DNA of 64,000 nt from NCBI GenBank assembly GCA_964399865.1, contig CAYNRJ010000001.1:475984-539983 (forward strand), read 5' to 3'. This stretch comes from an uncultured Candidatus Saccharibacteria bacterium (GTDB lineage Bacteria > Patescibacteriota > Minisyncoccia > Phycocordibacterales > UBA2100). The notes beneath the pieces are model-generated. The model did no database searches. It saw only the letters and a list, made by a program, of their open reading frames with translations, and had not been told where the DNA came from. A program made the translations under genes and the position numbers. Of the stretch, positions 46,879 through 56,048 are shown in pieces (within the stretch, counting starts at the first letter, position 1; every line of letters starts with the position of its first letter).

Positions 46879-47655
46879 ATGGGAAGAAAACTCGGCCAGC
46901 ATTTCTTGAAGGGCACATGGGCAGCTCGCGCTCTCGTCAACGCGGCTAAGATAACCCCGGACGATGTCGTTCTTGAAATCGGACCTGGAAAAGGCGCGCT
47001 CACAAAGGAACTTTTGCAGACCGGTGCAAAGGTAGTCGCGGTAGAGAAAGATGGATCTCTCGTAGAAATTCTTTCTAACACATTTCCATCAGAGATCTCC
47101 TCGGGCGCGCTTTCAATCATCTCTGGAGATATTCGCGACTTCGATCCGACGGCGCATGGACTTCAAAGCGGAAAGTATGTTCTCGCCGCAAACATTCCTT
47201 ACTACATAACAGGGGAGATACTCCGAGCATTTCTTTCTACCGACTCCCAGCCCCGCACCATAGCGCTTCTAATTCAGAAGGAAGTTGCACAAAGAATTAT
47301 TTCTAAACAGGAGTCGATTCTTTCTTTGTCCGTCAAAGCATATGGGAACCCAAAGATCGCGGTCAAAGTTCCGCGTGGAAATTTCTCTCCACCTCCTGCA
47401 GTAGATTCGGCGATACTTGTAGTCGAAAACATCTCAAAATCTTTCTTCTCCGATATACAAGAAGGGGACTTCTTCAAGATCGTACGACTGGGATTCTCTT
47501 CAAAGAGAAAACTGCTCAGTGGAAACCTCGCGCACGGTGGCTACGAAAAATCTGCAATCGCTGATGCATTCACGAGCTGCGAGATCCCAGAGAAAGCGCG
47601 CGCAGAAACTGTTCCGCTCGCTAAATGGAAGTTGCTGGTGCAGAGATTGCGCTAA
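46879..47655 (+). CDS. rsmA: 16S rRNA (adenine1518/1519-N6)-dimethyltransferase RsmA/KsgA
   Basis: 'LGQHFL', 'VLEIGPGKGALT' SAM-binding motif, 'ANIPYYIT' KsgA signature. Confidence 0.85.
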   Translation: MGRKLGQHFLKGTWAARALVNAAKITPDDVVLEIGPGKGALTKELLQTGAKVVAVEKDGSLVEILSNTFPSEISSGALSIISGDIRDFDPTAHGLQSGKYVLAANIPYYITGEILRAFLSTDSQPRTIALLIQKEVAQRIISKQESILSLSVKAYGNPKIAVKVPRGNFSPPPAVDSAILVVENISKSFFSDIQEGDFFKIVRLGFSSKRKLLSGNLAHGGYEKSAIADAFTSCEIPEKARAETVPLAKWKLLVQRLR

Positions 47656-47845
47656 ATGTTGCTTTCTACGTCACAAATAATTTCTATTTGTTACTTCGAA
47701 GCCACCGTCACTAAGCATTTTGTTCGCGCTACACGCTCCAAAATACTAAGTGCGCCGGCCCGACCTCAGGATTTTGCTCATCTAATGAGCAAAATATCCT
47801 TCCGGTTCAGTAGCGCATATCGCAGAGTACGCAGGTACTCTGCGA

Positions 47846-48184
47846 TTATTTACTACTGCCCATCATTGTAATGATCGTGCCCGAGTACGTGATGATAGGA
47901 CGAACACTAAAGAAGCAGTAATACGGAGCGCCCGATAGGCCGAGCACCCACTGCCCAGCGTGACGCGGCGGACCGTACTCATATGTTTTTGTTCTCACGG
48001 TCCACACATACGCGCCGCCCCGTGGCGGTCCCAAGCGAGCGTAAATGGTTGAGTTATGAATACAGGGAAGTACAATCCTTGCCTGGCCCCCGACGGGAAA
48101 CGCGTGAGTAATATAGGGGATTGCAGAAAAAATAATGGTGAATGCGACGATACATGTCCGCAAGCGGAGTGACATATTGCGCAT
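47846..48184 (-). CDS. Doubtful small ORF (possible small secreted protein) in a 580-bp region with raised GC and palindromes
   Basis: 112 aa with an N-terminal hydrophobic stretch; overlapped by other small ORFs on both strands; no motif. May be non-coding. Confidence 0.2.
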   Translation of the reverse strand: MRNMSLRLRTCIVAFTIIFSAIPYITHAFPVGGQARIVLPCIHNSTIYARLGPPRGGAYVWTVRTKTYEYGPPRHAGQWVLGLSGAPYYCFFSVRPIITYSGTIITMMGSSK

Positions 48185-48234
48185 TGTACCACCGCACTAC
48201 TGTTCATTGACGAGGGTTCCTGTAAACTTTCTTT

Positions 48235-49125
48235 ATGAAATTACTTCGTGCTCATTTCATTCTTTTTCTCATTGGAGTTACCGCACTACTCCTTGTGATC
48301 GGTGCGTTCGCACTAAAAGAATATTCGCCAGCTCAAAATACACCTAGGACAATCGCATGGGGAGGCCTTGGAGGCACCCCGTATTATCCACTTTCGGGCG
48401 AAAGAGCGATCGAAAGTAATCCTGCAGAGGAGAATATCTACAGCTCAATTCAAAGCGGGCCGCCGTTCTATTATTCAACGACTAACTCGGAAGCGGCGGA
48501 TGAGGAAGATGACACGTTCGACGTCGACGCGTTTCTTGCATATCTCAAGGGAGAAACGAGGACATCAGAAACTGCGGTCGAGGAGGAAAAACCGCTTTCG
48601 TTTCTTGAGAATCCATACTCATTTATCACAAATGGGGTCTCCTTCCCGAGTAGCTCCCTTACGAAAGAACGCACACCAATACAGCAGGCTTTATATGAGT
48701 ACGGAAATAAGGCTGGAAAGATCATTCAGACATTTGAAGACTCGAATCAAAACATGGCTGATGTAGTGCAGGCACAATCTGAAGATCCGGAAGACCCTCT
48801 TAAGGTCGCTGCCCTTATAAAACTAGCGGACTCTCTAGCAGATGTAGGGGTTTCACTAGAAGAACTCTCCTCTGTTCCAGCAGAAGCGGCCAATCAGAAC
48901 GCCAAACTTGCGACAAGCTATAAAGATATGGGTGCAAAACTTGCGCTCGTGCCTAACGCCATGACCGAAGACAGTAGGGTAGAGACAATGCTTACCTATA
49001 ATGCTGCCGCCGAATCGTTCGTCACAAATTACGTGGCTATCGTCACTCTTTTCTCGATCATGGAGGTCACATTTTCTCCTGATGAGCCGGGTAGTGTGTT
49101 CACTTTCACGATGACAGGGTTTTAA
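48235..49125 (+). CDS. Bitopic membrane protein (N-terminal TM plus ~260-aa extracytoplasmic domain); first gene of the T4SS-like operon, possibly VirB8-like
   Basis: 'MKLLRAHFILFLIGVTALLLVIGAFALK' TM anchor; the architecture (short N-terminus, 1 TM, ~230-260 aa domain) matches VirB8-type proteins, but no sequence signature was recognised. Confidence 0.5.
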   Translation: MKLLRAHFILFLIGVTALLLVIGAFALKEYSPAQNTPRTIAWGGLGGTPYYPLSGERAIESNPAEENIYSSIQSGPPFYYSTTNSEAADEEDDTFDVDAFLAYLKGETRTSETAVEEEKPLSFLENPYSFITNGVSFPSSSLTKERTPIQQALYEYGNKAGKIIQTFEDSNQNMADVVQAQSEDPEDPLKVAALIKLADSLADVGVSLEELSSVPAEAANQNAKLATSYKDMGAKLALVPNAMTEDSRVETMLTYNAAAESFVTNYVAIVTLFSIMEVTFSPDEPGSVFTFTMTGF

Positions 49126-49185
49126 GCCTCGACTGTCCACTCATTGTCCCCACGAAATCCCCAGGAAGCGGTTATACTTTATGCA

Positions 49186-50001
49186 ATGAAAGTAAGCGCG
49201 TTGAAGGGCGTGAGTTTTTCGCGTATGGCGATAACTGCAACACTGTCGATCGCAGCTGTTATTGGAGTTTCTGCGTGGCAACTAACAGCCCCTCTCCGGA
49301 GCGGGGGTGAAGAACTCGCTACCGGGAGTAACGATTCCACTATCACGATGGGTCGGACTGGAGATCCGGATCGTCAGTTTGATTGGCAGAAAAGTCTTGA
49401 GGGAATCTCGTCCGACGATCCAGATGGACTTTCAAATATCGGTGAAAATGTTGTTGAAACTTTGGTTGGTTCATACGTCGCGCTAAAAGACGCGGGAGTG
49501 TATACGCCAGAACAAGGGGCACAAATAGCTGGTGTAATTGCAACAGATCTCAAGGCCGATATTTCATTCCGTCTCTATGACACTGACGACATTAAGACCG
49601 ACACAAGCACTTCTTTCACTCGTTCGCTCGCATATCGAAGCGATATGCGCATCGCCCTCGAGCCTCTTTTGGAAAATCCTACGTATGAACTCGAGATACT
49701 CGGAGGATATATGGAGACTAAGGACCCAAAGTATCTCGCTGAACTGGAGAACATGGTCCGAAATTACAATGTTGCTATCGAGAATGCCGCACAAGTAGTC
49801 GTTCCGAAAGACGCGATCACATACCATATCAGTGTTCTGAACGCACTCTCTGAATTCGGCGCGACACTCGCACAAATGGTTAAGCACATTGACGATCCCT
49901 TCGCTTCTGCGGCGCTCCTTCGGACATTCAATGGCGCAGAGGCAAAAATGTTTACTTCGTTTGATGAGCTCGCAGACTATTTCCGTAAATCTACCTCATG
50001 A
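49186..50001 (+). CDS. Bitopic membrane protein, distant paralog-like of the upstream gene
   Basis: ORF 49144..50001 trimmed to MKVSALKG; TM 'MAITATLSIAAVIGVSAW'; same architecture as the 48235 gene. Confidence 0.5.
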   Translation: MKVSALKGVSFSRMAITATLSIAAVIGVSAWQLTAPLRSGGEELATGSNDSTITMGRTGDPDRQFDWQKSLEGISSDDPDGLSNIGENVVETLVGSYVALKDAGVYTPEQGAQIAGVIATDLKADISFRLYDTDDIKTDTSTSFTRSLAYRSDMRIALEPLLENPTYELEILGGYMETKDPKYLAELENMVRNYNVAIENAAQVVVPKDAITYHISVLNALSEFGATLAQMVKHIDDPFASAALLRTFNGAEAKMFTSFDELADYFRKSTS

Positions 50002-51593
50002 AAACAAGCTCCCTCATTTTCATACCGTTTAAGTTTGCTATCGCAACAATTACTCTGTTTCTCTTACTGACCTCTTTCGCTCAAGCTCAAACAGATACCT
50101 CAACCACCACTGCAGGATTATCGAGCTCAGGTATATTCGACTGCAACAGTAAAGCCGGAGCTGAGGCGATGAGCAGTGTCGGAACAAAAAGCACGATTCA
50201 AAGCTTATATGTCCCAGTTTCTGACGCAGGAGTAACCTTAAACACCGGATCTTTGGTCTACAAGGAATGTGTTCTCGACCCTATAAACACGCGCATGCGA
50301 GAGAACGCTGCTTTCTCGCACGTTCAACTCGGCATAAAGGCGTTTAACAAGGGGGCTGATGGTGAACCAATGTTTATAAAAGATTACATCGCGAAAGTTT
50401 CGGAGCGCAGCGACAAAACATTCCTACGTACATTTGAAGAAGGGGAGCTTGATACACTCAATCCAGCCTTTAAGGATGAAGTTAAGCGCGCGATCGCTGA
50501 AGATTATAAAACTCAGACCCGTGAGCCGAACAAGGTACTAGAATGTTCGTACAAAGGCGATCTCGCAAAAGTATACGCAGGACAACCGGAAGATATTTGG
50601 GGAGCTATCATGGCCATTGCAGAGCCAGCATGTAATCCGGTTGGAGCTTACAATCTCGCGCAAGAATATATTATAGACAATATCGCATCAGATAAGGAAG
50701 AGATGCTCTTCCGCCTTAATAACAGCAACGCCATCAAAGATGTCCAAACATACAACGAGGAGACCGGGCGATACGAGACCCTCACTCCAGGTATCATCGT
50801 TGCTGAAAATGTTCAGCAACTTATAACATCCGGCTTCCGGCAACTTGAGAACGCCGACGAGATAGGTCAAATGGTTGATGCGCTATATTCTGGCCTCTCC
50901 ACACAAGTAGTTTCCGATACTCGAGGACTCGCGGGAGTAACCGAAGGATTCGCTGGCCAGCCTTCTTATCTCGACCAAATTGGTGACACGCTCCGCAAAA
51001 ACCTTCGCGATGCAGCGGTTAATATAGCTTTGGGAATTCTAAAAGGCGCGAAGCAAACCGAGATTACCTATTTCAATGCATTGAATTCGATTGCACTTAC
51101 CCTAACGGCAACGATAGGGGATCTTCGCCAGGCAGAAGCACTATGTTGGGCAGAAGTAGTACCAAAAGCTCAAGTCTATGCAAGTGCAAATAATATTCAA
51201 ATAACCGTTGCTACTTCAACCCAATTTTCACAAGCGGTTATCAATGCACAGATAACATCTCTCGCTTCAACAACGATAACGGATATACGAAAGAGTGAGA
51301 CCGCTCTCTCCCTCATAGATCATTTAATAGAGGGCATTACGAACACGACTTCTCCGGATGCCCAGCGTGTAGCTCTTCAACAGTTAGATTCTCTCGTGGC
51401 ACAAGGAGCCCTACACGGAGAATACGATGCCCAGCAGGCAGTGAAGCGAAGAGATGAGATAAAGCCGGCAATGGAAAATCTCGTGGAAGATACGGTTGTA
51501 GCATGGGCTGATTCTGCTGACGTAAATGTCGGCTGGTGTAACGTCAATAATCCTGCGGTCGCCCAAAAATGGGTCGAGGAGTGGAGAAACTGA
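49998..51593 (+). CDS. Secreted protein (signal peptide), unknown function, T4SS-like operon
   Basis: 'MKTSSLIFIPFKFAIATITLFLLLTSFAQA' signal peptide; 531 aa; 4-nt overlap with the upstream gene. Confidence 0.55.
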   Translation: MKTSSLIFIPFKFAIATITLFLLLTSFAQAQTDTSTTTAGLSSSGIFDCNSKAGAEAMSSVGTKSTIQSLYVPVSDAGVTLNTGSLVYKECVLDPINTRMRENAAFSHVQLGIKAFNKGADGEPMFIKDYIAKVSERSDKTFLRTFEEGELDTLNPAFKDEVKRAIAEDYKTQTREPNKVLECSYKGDLAKVYAGQPEDIWGAIMAIAEPACNPVGAYNLAQEYIIDNIASDKEEMLFRLNNSNAIKDVQTYNEETGRYETLTPGIIVAENVQQLITSGFRQLENADEIGQMVDALYSGLSTQVVSDTRGLAGVTEGFAGQPSYLDQIGDTLRKNLRDAAVNIALGILKGAKQTEITYFNALNSIALTLTATIGDLRQAEALCWAEVVPKAQVYASANNIQITVATSTQFSQAVINAQITSLASTTITDIRKSETALSLIDHLIEGITNTTSPDAQRVALQQLDSLVAQGALHGEYDAQQAVKRRDEIKPAMENLVEDTVVAWADSADVNVGWCNVNNPAVAQKWVEEWRN

Positions 51594-51601
51594 TCTTGCA
51601 T

Positions 51602-54142
51602 ATGGAATACCTAAAACGAATGCTAGGACATCATAAAATAGGAATACTTGCGTCACTCTTCATCGCAATCGTGTTCTCCCCCTTTGTATTCAGTAATAAC
51701 AGCTTCGAGGTAAGCAGCGCGCTGGCAGCAACTCCTGAGGAAATCGCCGCAAGCGAAGGATTTCAAGCAATAATGGCAAACGTTCCGGCAGAAAATCTTG
51801 CCGCCTTCAACGGGTGCTTACAAAACCCTCCAAGTGGTCCATCGATCAATGAAAAACCTAAAGAGGGGCTCGCACTTTTTGCGAGCTATTGTTATGACCT
51901 CACTGTGGGCGAGCTACCTGACGAGTTAGTGCCGGGTTTTAAGCCACCCGAAGGCTATGTGGGCGGATGTGGCCTCAACTTTGGTTGTTATTGGAAAAAA
52001 CTCGTTGCAACCATTGCTTGGATACCGTCTGGACCAAGCGCATGGCTCCTTACTACTGTAGGGCAGTTCTTCAATTACCTCGTCGATCATACTATTATTG
52101 ACTTCAAGGGGACCTTAGAACAAATGGGGGAGAGTATTGATAATGCATGGACTGCATTCCGAGATATTGCGAACATTGTCATCATCGGAATGTTTGTATT
52201 CATTGCTCTCTCTCTAATCCTCGGGCTCAAGGAATACGGCGAGCGGAAAATGATAGCGCGCGTACTCATTGTTGCGGTGTTAATCAACTTCAGCTTACTT
52301 TTCACAAAGTTAATTATCGACGCTTCACACTTTACTGCGTATCAGTTCTACAATGCAGCTGGGAATATTGGTGGCCCCGTTGCCGACGAGGCCAGAGCTG
52401 CGGTTGACATTGAAGACGAAACAATTCCTGCGGCGGAGCCAGGTATCGCAGGTCAATTCTTAGCTGCTATGAGTATTACCCGGGTTGGGGAGATACATAA
52501 CATACTTTTTCAGATGCAGCAGAATGGTAATGGGATGTGGAACACAATACTCTTTGGCTTTTTTATGGGCGTTATGTTTCTCCTTGCTGCACTTGTGCTC
52601 TTATACGGCTGTTTCTTACTGATTGCACGGGGGCTACTCTTAGTATTTCTGATGATGACGGCACCTCTTGCTTTCGCGAGTTGGCTCATCCCCAAATTCG
52701 CAGGAGATGGTTGGAGCAAATGGTGGGATTCACTCTTACGCACTGCGATATTTGCACCTCTTCTGATGATTTTCTTGTGGGCTTCTCTCACTATAGCGAC
52801 TCAAATCAACGAGGCAGGCGAGGGACTGGGAGCGCTGATCGATCATCCTGAAAACGGCATCGGTATCGGGGCTCTTTTCAACTATGTCTTCGTGCTTGGG
52901 TTGCTTTTCATGTCCATAAAACTTGCAAGCAAATTCTCCGGCACAATTGCAGGATTCAGCGTCGCTGCAATGGCTACTGCCGCACCAATCACTCTCGGAT
53001 CGCGAGCGCTCGCAGCTCCACTCCGCGGTATCGGAGGTAAATATGCAACCAAATATCAAGAAAGTCGTATGGATCAAGCAAAGGCCGCTAGAAGGAACGT
53101 CGGGGTCGCTACTGGACTTAGAACGAACGCGTTGAAAGCTGCGCACGATTTCCGAGAAGCTGGTCTGCATGGCTTTGCAGATAGGGAACAGGCGGAGGCT
53201 AAGAAACAACAAAAGATTGCGGAGGAACAGAAGAAAATTGCGGCAATCAAAACAAAACGCGCGATGCGAGGTGCGACAGTTGCCGGGAACAAGATGAATC
53301 TTATGAATACTGAGACCGCTAAGAAGGTGCTCGGGGCAGTGGGGGTTACAGGGTTCATGGCTGGAGCGACGCCAAAGGAAGTACAGAGTTATCACGGAAA
53401 AATTGAAGAGAGAGCCAAGGCGGCGGAGAAAATTGCATCAAAACTTGCTCCAAAGCAAGAAGAAATCGATAAAGCGCGGGATCTTGCGGGAGACAGAATG
53501 AAAGAACAGCGCAAAATTGAAGAGGCACAACTGGAGGCAACAAGAAGGGTGGCTGAGGAGGAGGCCAATAACACAAAGGCTCTTGAGTATTTGCCTGAGC
53601 AATTGGAAACTGCCATTCGAGAATCTACACGAGTTAAGGCAGACGCTGCACGAAATAAGACTGCGATCGATGCCAGTAGGAGGGCAGGCACTATAAGCGC
53701 AGATGAACATCAACGACAATTAAGGATCGAGAATGATCGTGTTAAAGCCGCAGACGCCGCCGTAAAAACTGTTAAAGATCGCATTGACGTTATCGATCAG
53801 CCCGTGAAAGATATTGCAAAAAATATCGAAAAGTTCCGTGGAGAAACAAAAGGTGCAATCGAGAAAGCCAAACATGAAGGGGGTCAGGCTGTTGTAGAGA
53901 GCGGAGCCGGGGTAGCCGAAGTAATCGGTCGACGGTACGGAGGTACTCTGACTCGTATAGCTGGAGCCCTTACTGGAGCCAATGCTCACGTCGCTCACGA
54001 AACGAGAGAAATGTACCTTAAGAATCGCGGTGCGATGAATAAATTAAAGGATATTCTTAAGGGTGCAGGTGTTACGGAGGGAGAAGCTGCGCATGGAGGG
54101 GGCTCAGCACCTGCAGGGGGCGGGGGAGGCGATCATCACTAA
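51602..54142 (+). CDS. Polytopic membrane protein, VirB6/TrbL-like, with a long Lys/Ala/Glu-rich coiled-coil C-terminal tail
   Basis: ORF 51569..54142 (start 51569 or 51602); at least 8 hydrophobic helices in residues ~200-480; an extracytoplasmic Cys-containing loop (GGCGLNFGCYWKK); C-terminal ~350 aa of KAA/EEQ coiled-coil ending GGGSAPAGGGGGDHH. Sits two genes upstream of the VirB3-like + VirB4 pair, as in Gram-positive T4SS. Confidence 0.55.
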   Translation: MEYLKRMLGHHKIGILASLFIAIVFSPFVFSNNSFEVSSALAATPEEIAASEGFQAIMANVPAENLAAFNGCLQNPPSGPSINEKPKEGLALFASYCYDLTVGELPDELVPGFKPPEGYVGGCGLNFGCYWKKLVATIAWIPSGPSAWLLTTVGQFFNYLVDHTIIDFKGTLEQMGESIDNAWTAFRDIANIVIIGMFVFIALSLILGLKEYGERKMIARVLIVAVLINFSLLFTKLIIDASHFTAYQFYNAAGNIGGPVADEARAAVDIEDETIPAAEPGIAGQFLAAMSITRVGEIHNILFQMQQNGNGMWNTILFGFFMGVMFLLAALVLLYGCFLLIARGLLLVFLMMTAPLAFASWLIPKFAGDGWSKWWDSLLRTAIFAPLLMIFLWASLTIATQINEAGEGLGALIDHPENGIGIGALFNYVFVLGLLFMSIKLASKFSGTIAGFSVAAMATAAPITLGSRALAAPLRGIGGKYATKYQESRMDQAKAARRNVGVATGLRTNALKAAHDFREAGLHGFADREQAEAKKQQKIAEEQKKIAAIKTKRAMRGATVAGNKMNLMNTETAKKVLGAVGVTGFMAGATPKEVQSYHGKIEERAKAAEKIASKLAPKQEEIDKARDLAGDRMKEQRKIEEAQLEATRRVAEEEANNTKALEYLPEQLETAIRESTRVKADAARNKTAIDASRRAGTISADEHQRQLRIENDRVKAADAAVKTVKDRIDVIDQPVKDIAKNIEKFRGETKGAIEKAKHEGGQAVVESGAGVAEVIGRRYGGTLTRIAGALTGANAHVAHETREMYLKNRGAMNKLKDILKGAGVTEGEAAHGGGSAPAGGGGGDHH

Positions 54143-54147
54143 TAGGT

Positions 54148-54723
54148 ATGGATACAAAAATGACTCAAGAAGAATTAAATCAGAAATTGCGCGAGCGATT
54201 TCAAGAGATTCCTAAAGTACTCCAAGAGGCTATTACCTCTGCAAACGTAGAGAAACAGTTACGAGAACTCGCCACAAAACATAAGTTGCATGTGGACATG
54301 TGGCAATTACTCGAGAATGAGGTCATCGTTACACTCCTCGGTCTTCAGCCAGCAGATGACCTCGCCGCCAACCTCCAAAACGACCTCGGCCTACCCAAAG
54401 AAGCATCGATTGCGCTCGCAAGAGATGTATCTACGATAGTTTTCGCGCCAGTAAGACAAGAGCTCGAGCGGACACTGGAACATCCTGAGGCAAAGTCCGA
54501 AGAGGAGAGTGACGTTGATACCGTAAGGACACAAATACTTGAGCAAAAGCCTACACCAACTAGTACTTCACTGCCTCCGTTGGTAAAACCAGCGACCCCA
54601 CCCCCACAACCACCCACTCAAAAGATTGAAAGAGGTCCTGCGTCGGGCGCATATGTGCCCGGAGAAGTATCGAGCGCGCGAAAATCGATCGTGGATGATC
54701 CGTACAGAGAAGCGCCGCAATGA
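54148..54723 (+). CDS. Hypothetical protein with a Pro-rich C-terminal region, T4SS-like operon
   Basis: 191 aa; no TM; 'PPLVKPATPPPQPPTQ'. Confidence 0.45.
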   Translation: MDTKMTQEELNQKLRERFQEIPKVLQEAITSANVEKQLRELATKHKLHVDMWQLLENEVIVTLLGLQPADDLAANLQNDLGLPKEASIALARDVSTIVFAPVRQELERTLEHPEAKSEEESDVDTVRTQILEQKPTPTSTSLPPLVKPATPPPQPPTQKIERGPASGAYVPGEVSSARKSIVDDPYREAPQ

Positions 54724-54852
54724 AAAACTAATTTAATTCACTCTGGCGTCAATACGCTAAGAGCTTGCGTGTTATAATTCTGCCACGGGAGACTGGAAAC
54801 TAGCGCTCGTTTTCTCCTCGAAGCTAGCTGCTAGTCCCTGGCAGCTATTTAT

Positions 54853-55353
54853 ATGCAATTTCAGGTACCACAATTCATCGAGGTGGAGGATAAAATCTTC
54901 GGTCCTCTCACATTCAAGCAATTTGTGTATGTCGCAGGAGGAGCCGGGGCAGCCTATCTTTTTTGGCGAACCCTCCCATTCTTTTTTTCCGTCCCCCTCA
55001 TCATGGGGATTGGAGCCCTTGCCGCAAGCTTAGCCTTCTTTAAATACAACGGGCGCCCTTTTATTCTCGCGATGGAGCATGGCTTCTACTATCTTGTACG
55101 AACAAAACTATATTTGTGGAACAACGCGGCAAAAACTGCAAAACCTAGGAAATTAGCGACGAAAGCGACACTACCTACTAGTCAGGTATATGTGCCTACA
55201 CTTTCACAAAGCAAATTACACGAACTGGCATGGAGTTTGGACATTAAAGAACGTATTGCAGGAGGCACCGTTTCAAGCGAAGAGCGAGAAGCGGCCGCCC
55301 CGACAGATAGCATCGTCGCTCCAATACGCACCGCCCGCGATGCGAGAGTATAA
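54853..55353 (+). CDS. Small two-TM protein, VirB3/PrgI-like (directly precedes the VirB4 homolog)
   Basis: 166 aa; 'FKQFVYVAGGAGAAYLFWRTLPFFFSVPLIMGIGALAASLAFF' hairpin of two helices; position and topology as for VirB3-family proteins. Confidence 0.5.
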   Translation: MQFQVPQFIEVEDKIFGPLTFKQFVYVAGGAGAAYLFWRTLPFFFSVPLIMGIGALAASLAFFKYNGRPFILAMEHGFYYLVRTKLYLWNNAAKTAKPRKLATKATLPTSQVYVPTLSQSKLHELAWSLDIKERIAGGTVSSEEREAAAPTDSIVAPIRTARDARV

Positions 55354-55358
55354 AATCT

Positions 55359-56045
55359 ATGCCACCAGGACTTGAAAACTTACGCGACAGAAAGAAATCC
55401 ACTCAAGATTTCGTGCCCGTGCGTGAAGTGCGGGATGGAGTCGTCGTACTTAAGGATGGAGGATTACGCGCAATTCTTCTCGCATCTTCTCTTAACTTCG
55501 CACTGAAATCAGAAGACGAACAGACTGCGTTCATCACGCAATTCCAAAGCCTTCTAAACTCACTGGATTTTTCTGTGCAGATTTTCATAGAGTCTCGCAT
55601 GCTCGATATAAGACCTTACATTGCAACTCTCGAGGAAGCATATAAAAAGCAGCTCGACGATCTGATGCGAATCCAGATCCGTGAATATATAGAATTCATC
55701 AAGAGCTTTACTGAAGCTGCAAATGTCATGACAAAGAACTTCTTCGTCGTCGTGCCGTATTCCGGCGGTCCACAGATCGGCAAGAGTGGGGGAGGGCCCT
55801 CACTCCCATGGAGCAAAAAAAAGAACAGCACTGAGGAGGCGAACAAGAGCTTCGAAGAGCAGGTGACTCAGCTCGAACAAAGAGTATCTGTCGTGCAGCA
55901 AGGTCTGATCCGCACAGGTGTCCGCACTGTTCAGTTAGGAACCGAGGAGGCAATCGAGCTTCTCTACAAAATGTTCAACCCTGGCGAAGAAGGGAAACCG
56001 ATGTCACTTAACAATACCGAAGAGGCGCCCGCGACCAGCCAATAA
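55359..56045 (+). CDS. VirB4/TraC/TrsE-family protein, N-terminal portion (ends at an in-frame TAA)
   Basis: 'QDFVPVREVRDGVVVLKDGGLRAILLASSLNFALKSEDEQ' matches the conserved N-terminal region of VirB4/TrsE-type ATPases; the ORF stops at TAA 56043-56045 and the next ORF starts 3 nt later in the same frame. Confidence 0.65.
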   Translation: MPPGLENLRDRKKSTQDFVPVREVRDGVVVLKDGGLRAILLASSLNFALKSEDEQTAFITQFQSLLNSLDFSVQIFIESRMLDIRPYIATLEEAYKKQLDDLMRIQIREYIEFIKSFTEAANVMTKNFFVVVPYSGGPQIGKSGGGPSLPWSKKKNSTEEANKSFEEQVTQLEQRVSVVQQGLIRTGVRTVQLGTEEAIELLYKMFNPGEEGKPMSLNNTEEAPATSQ

Positions 56046-56048
56046 TGT

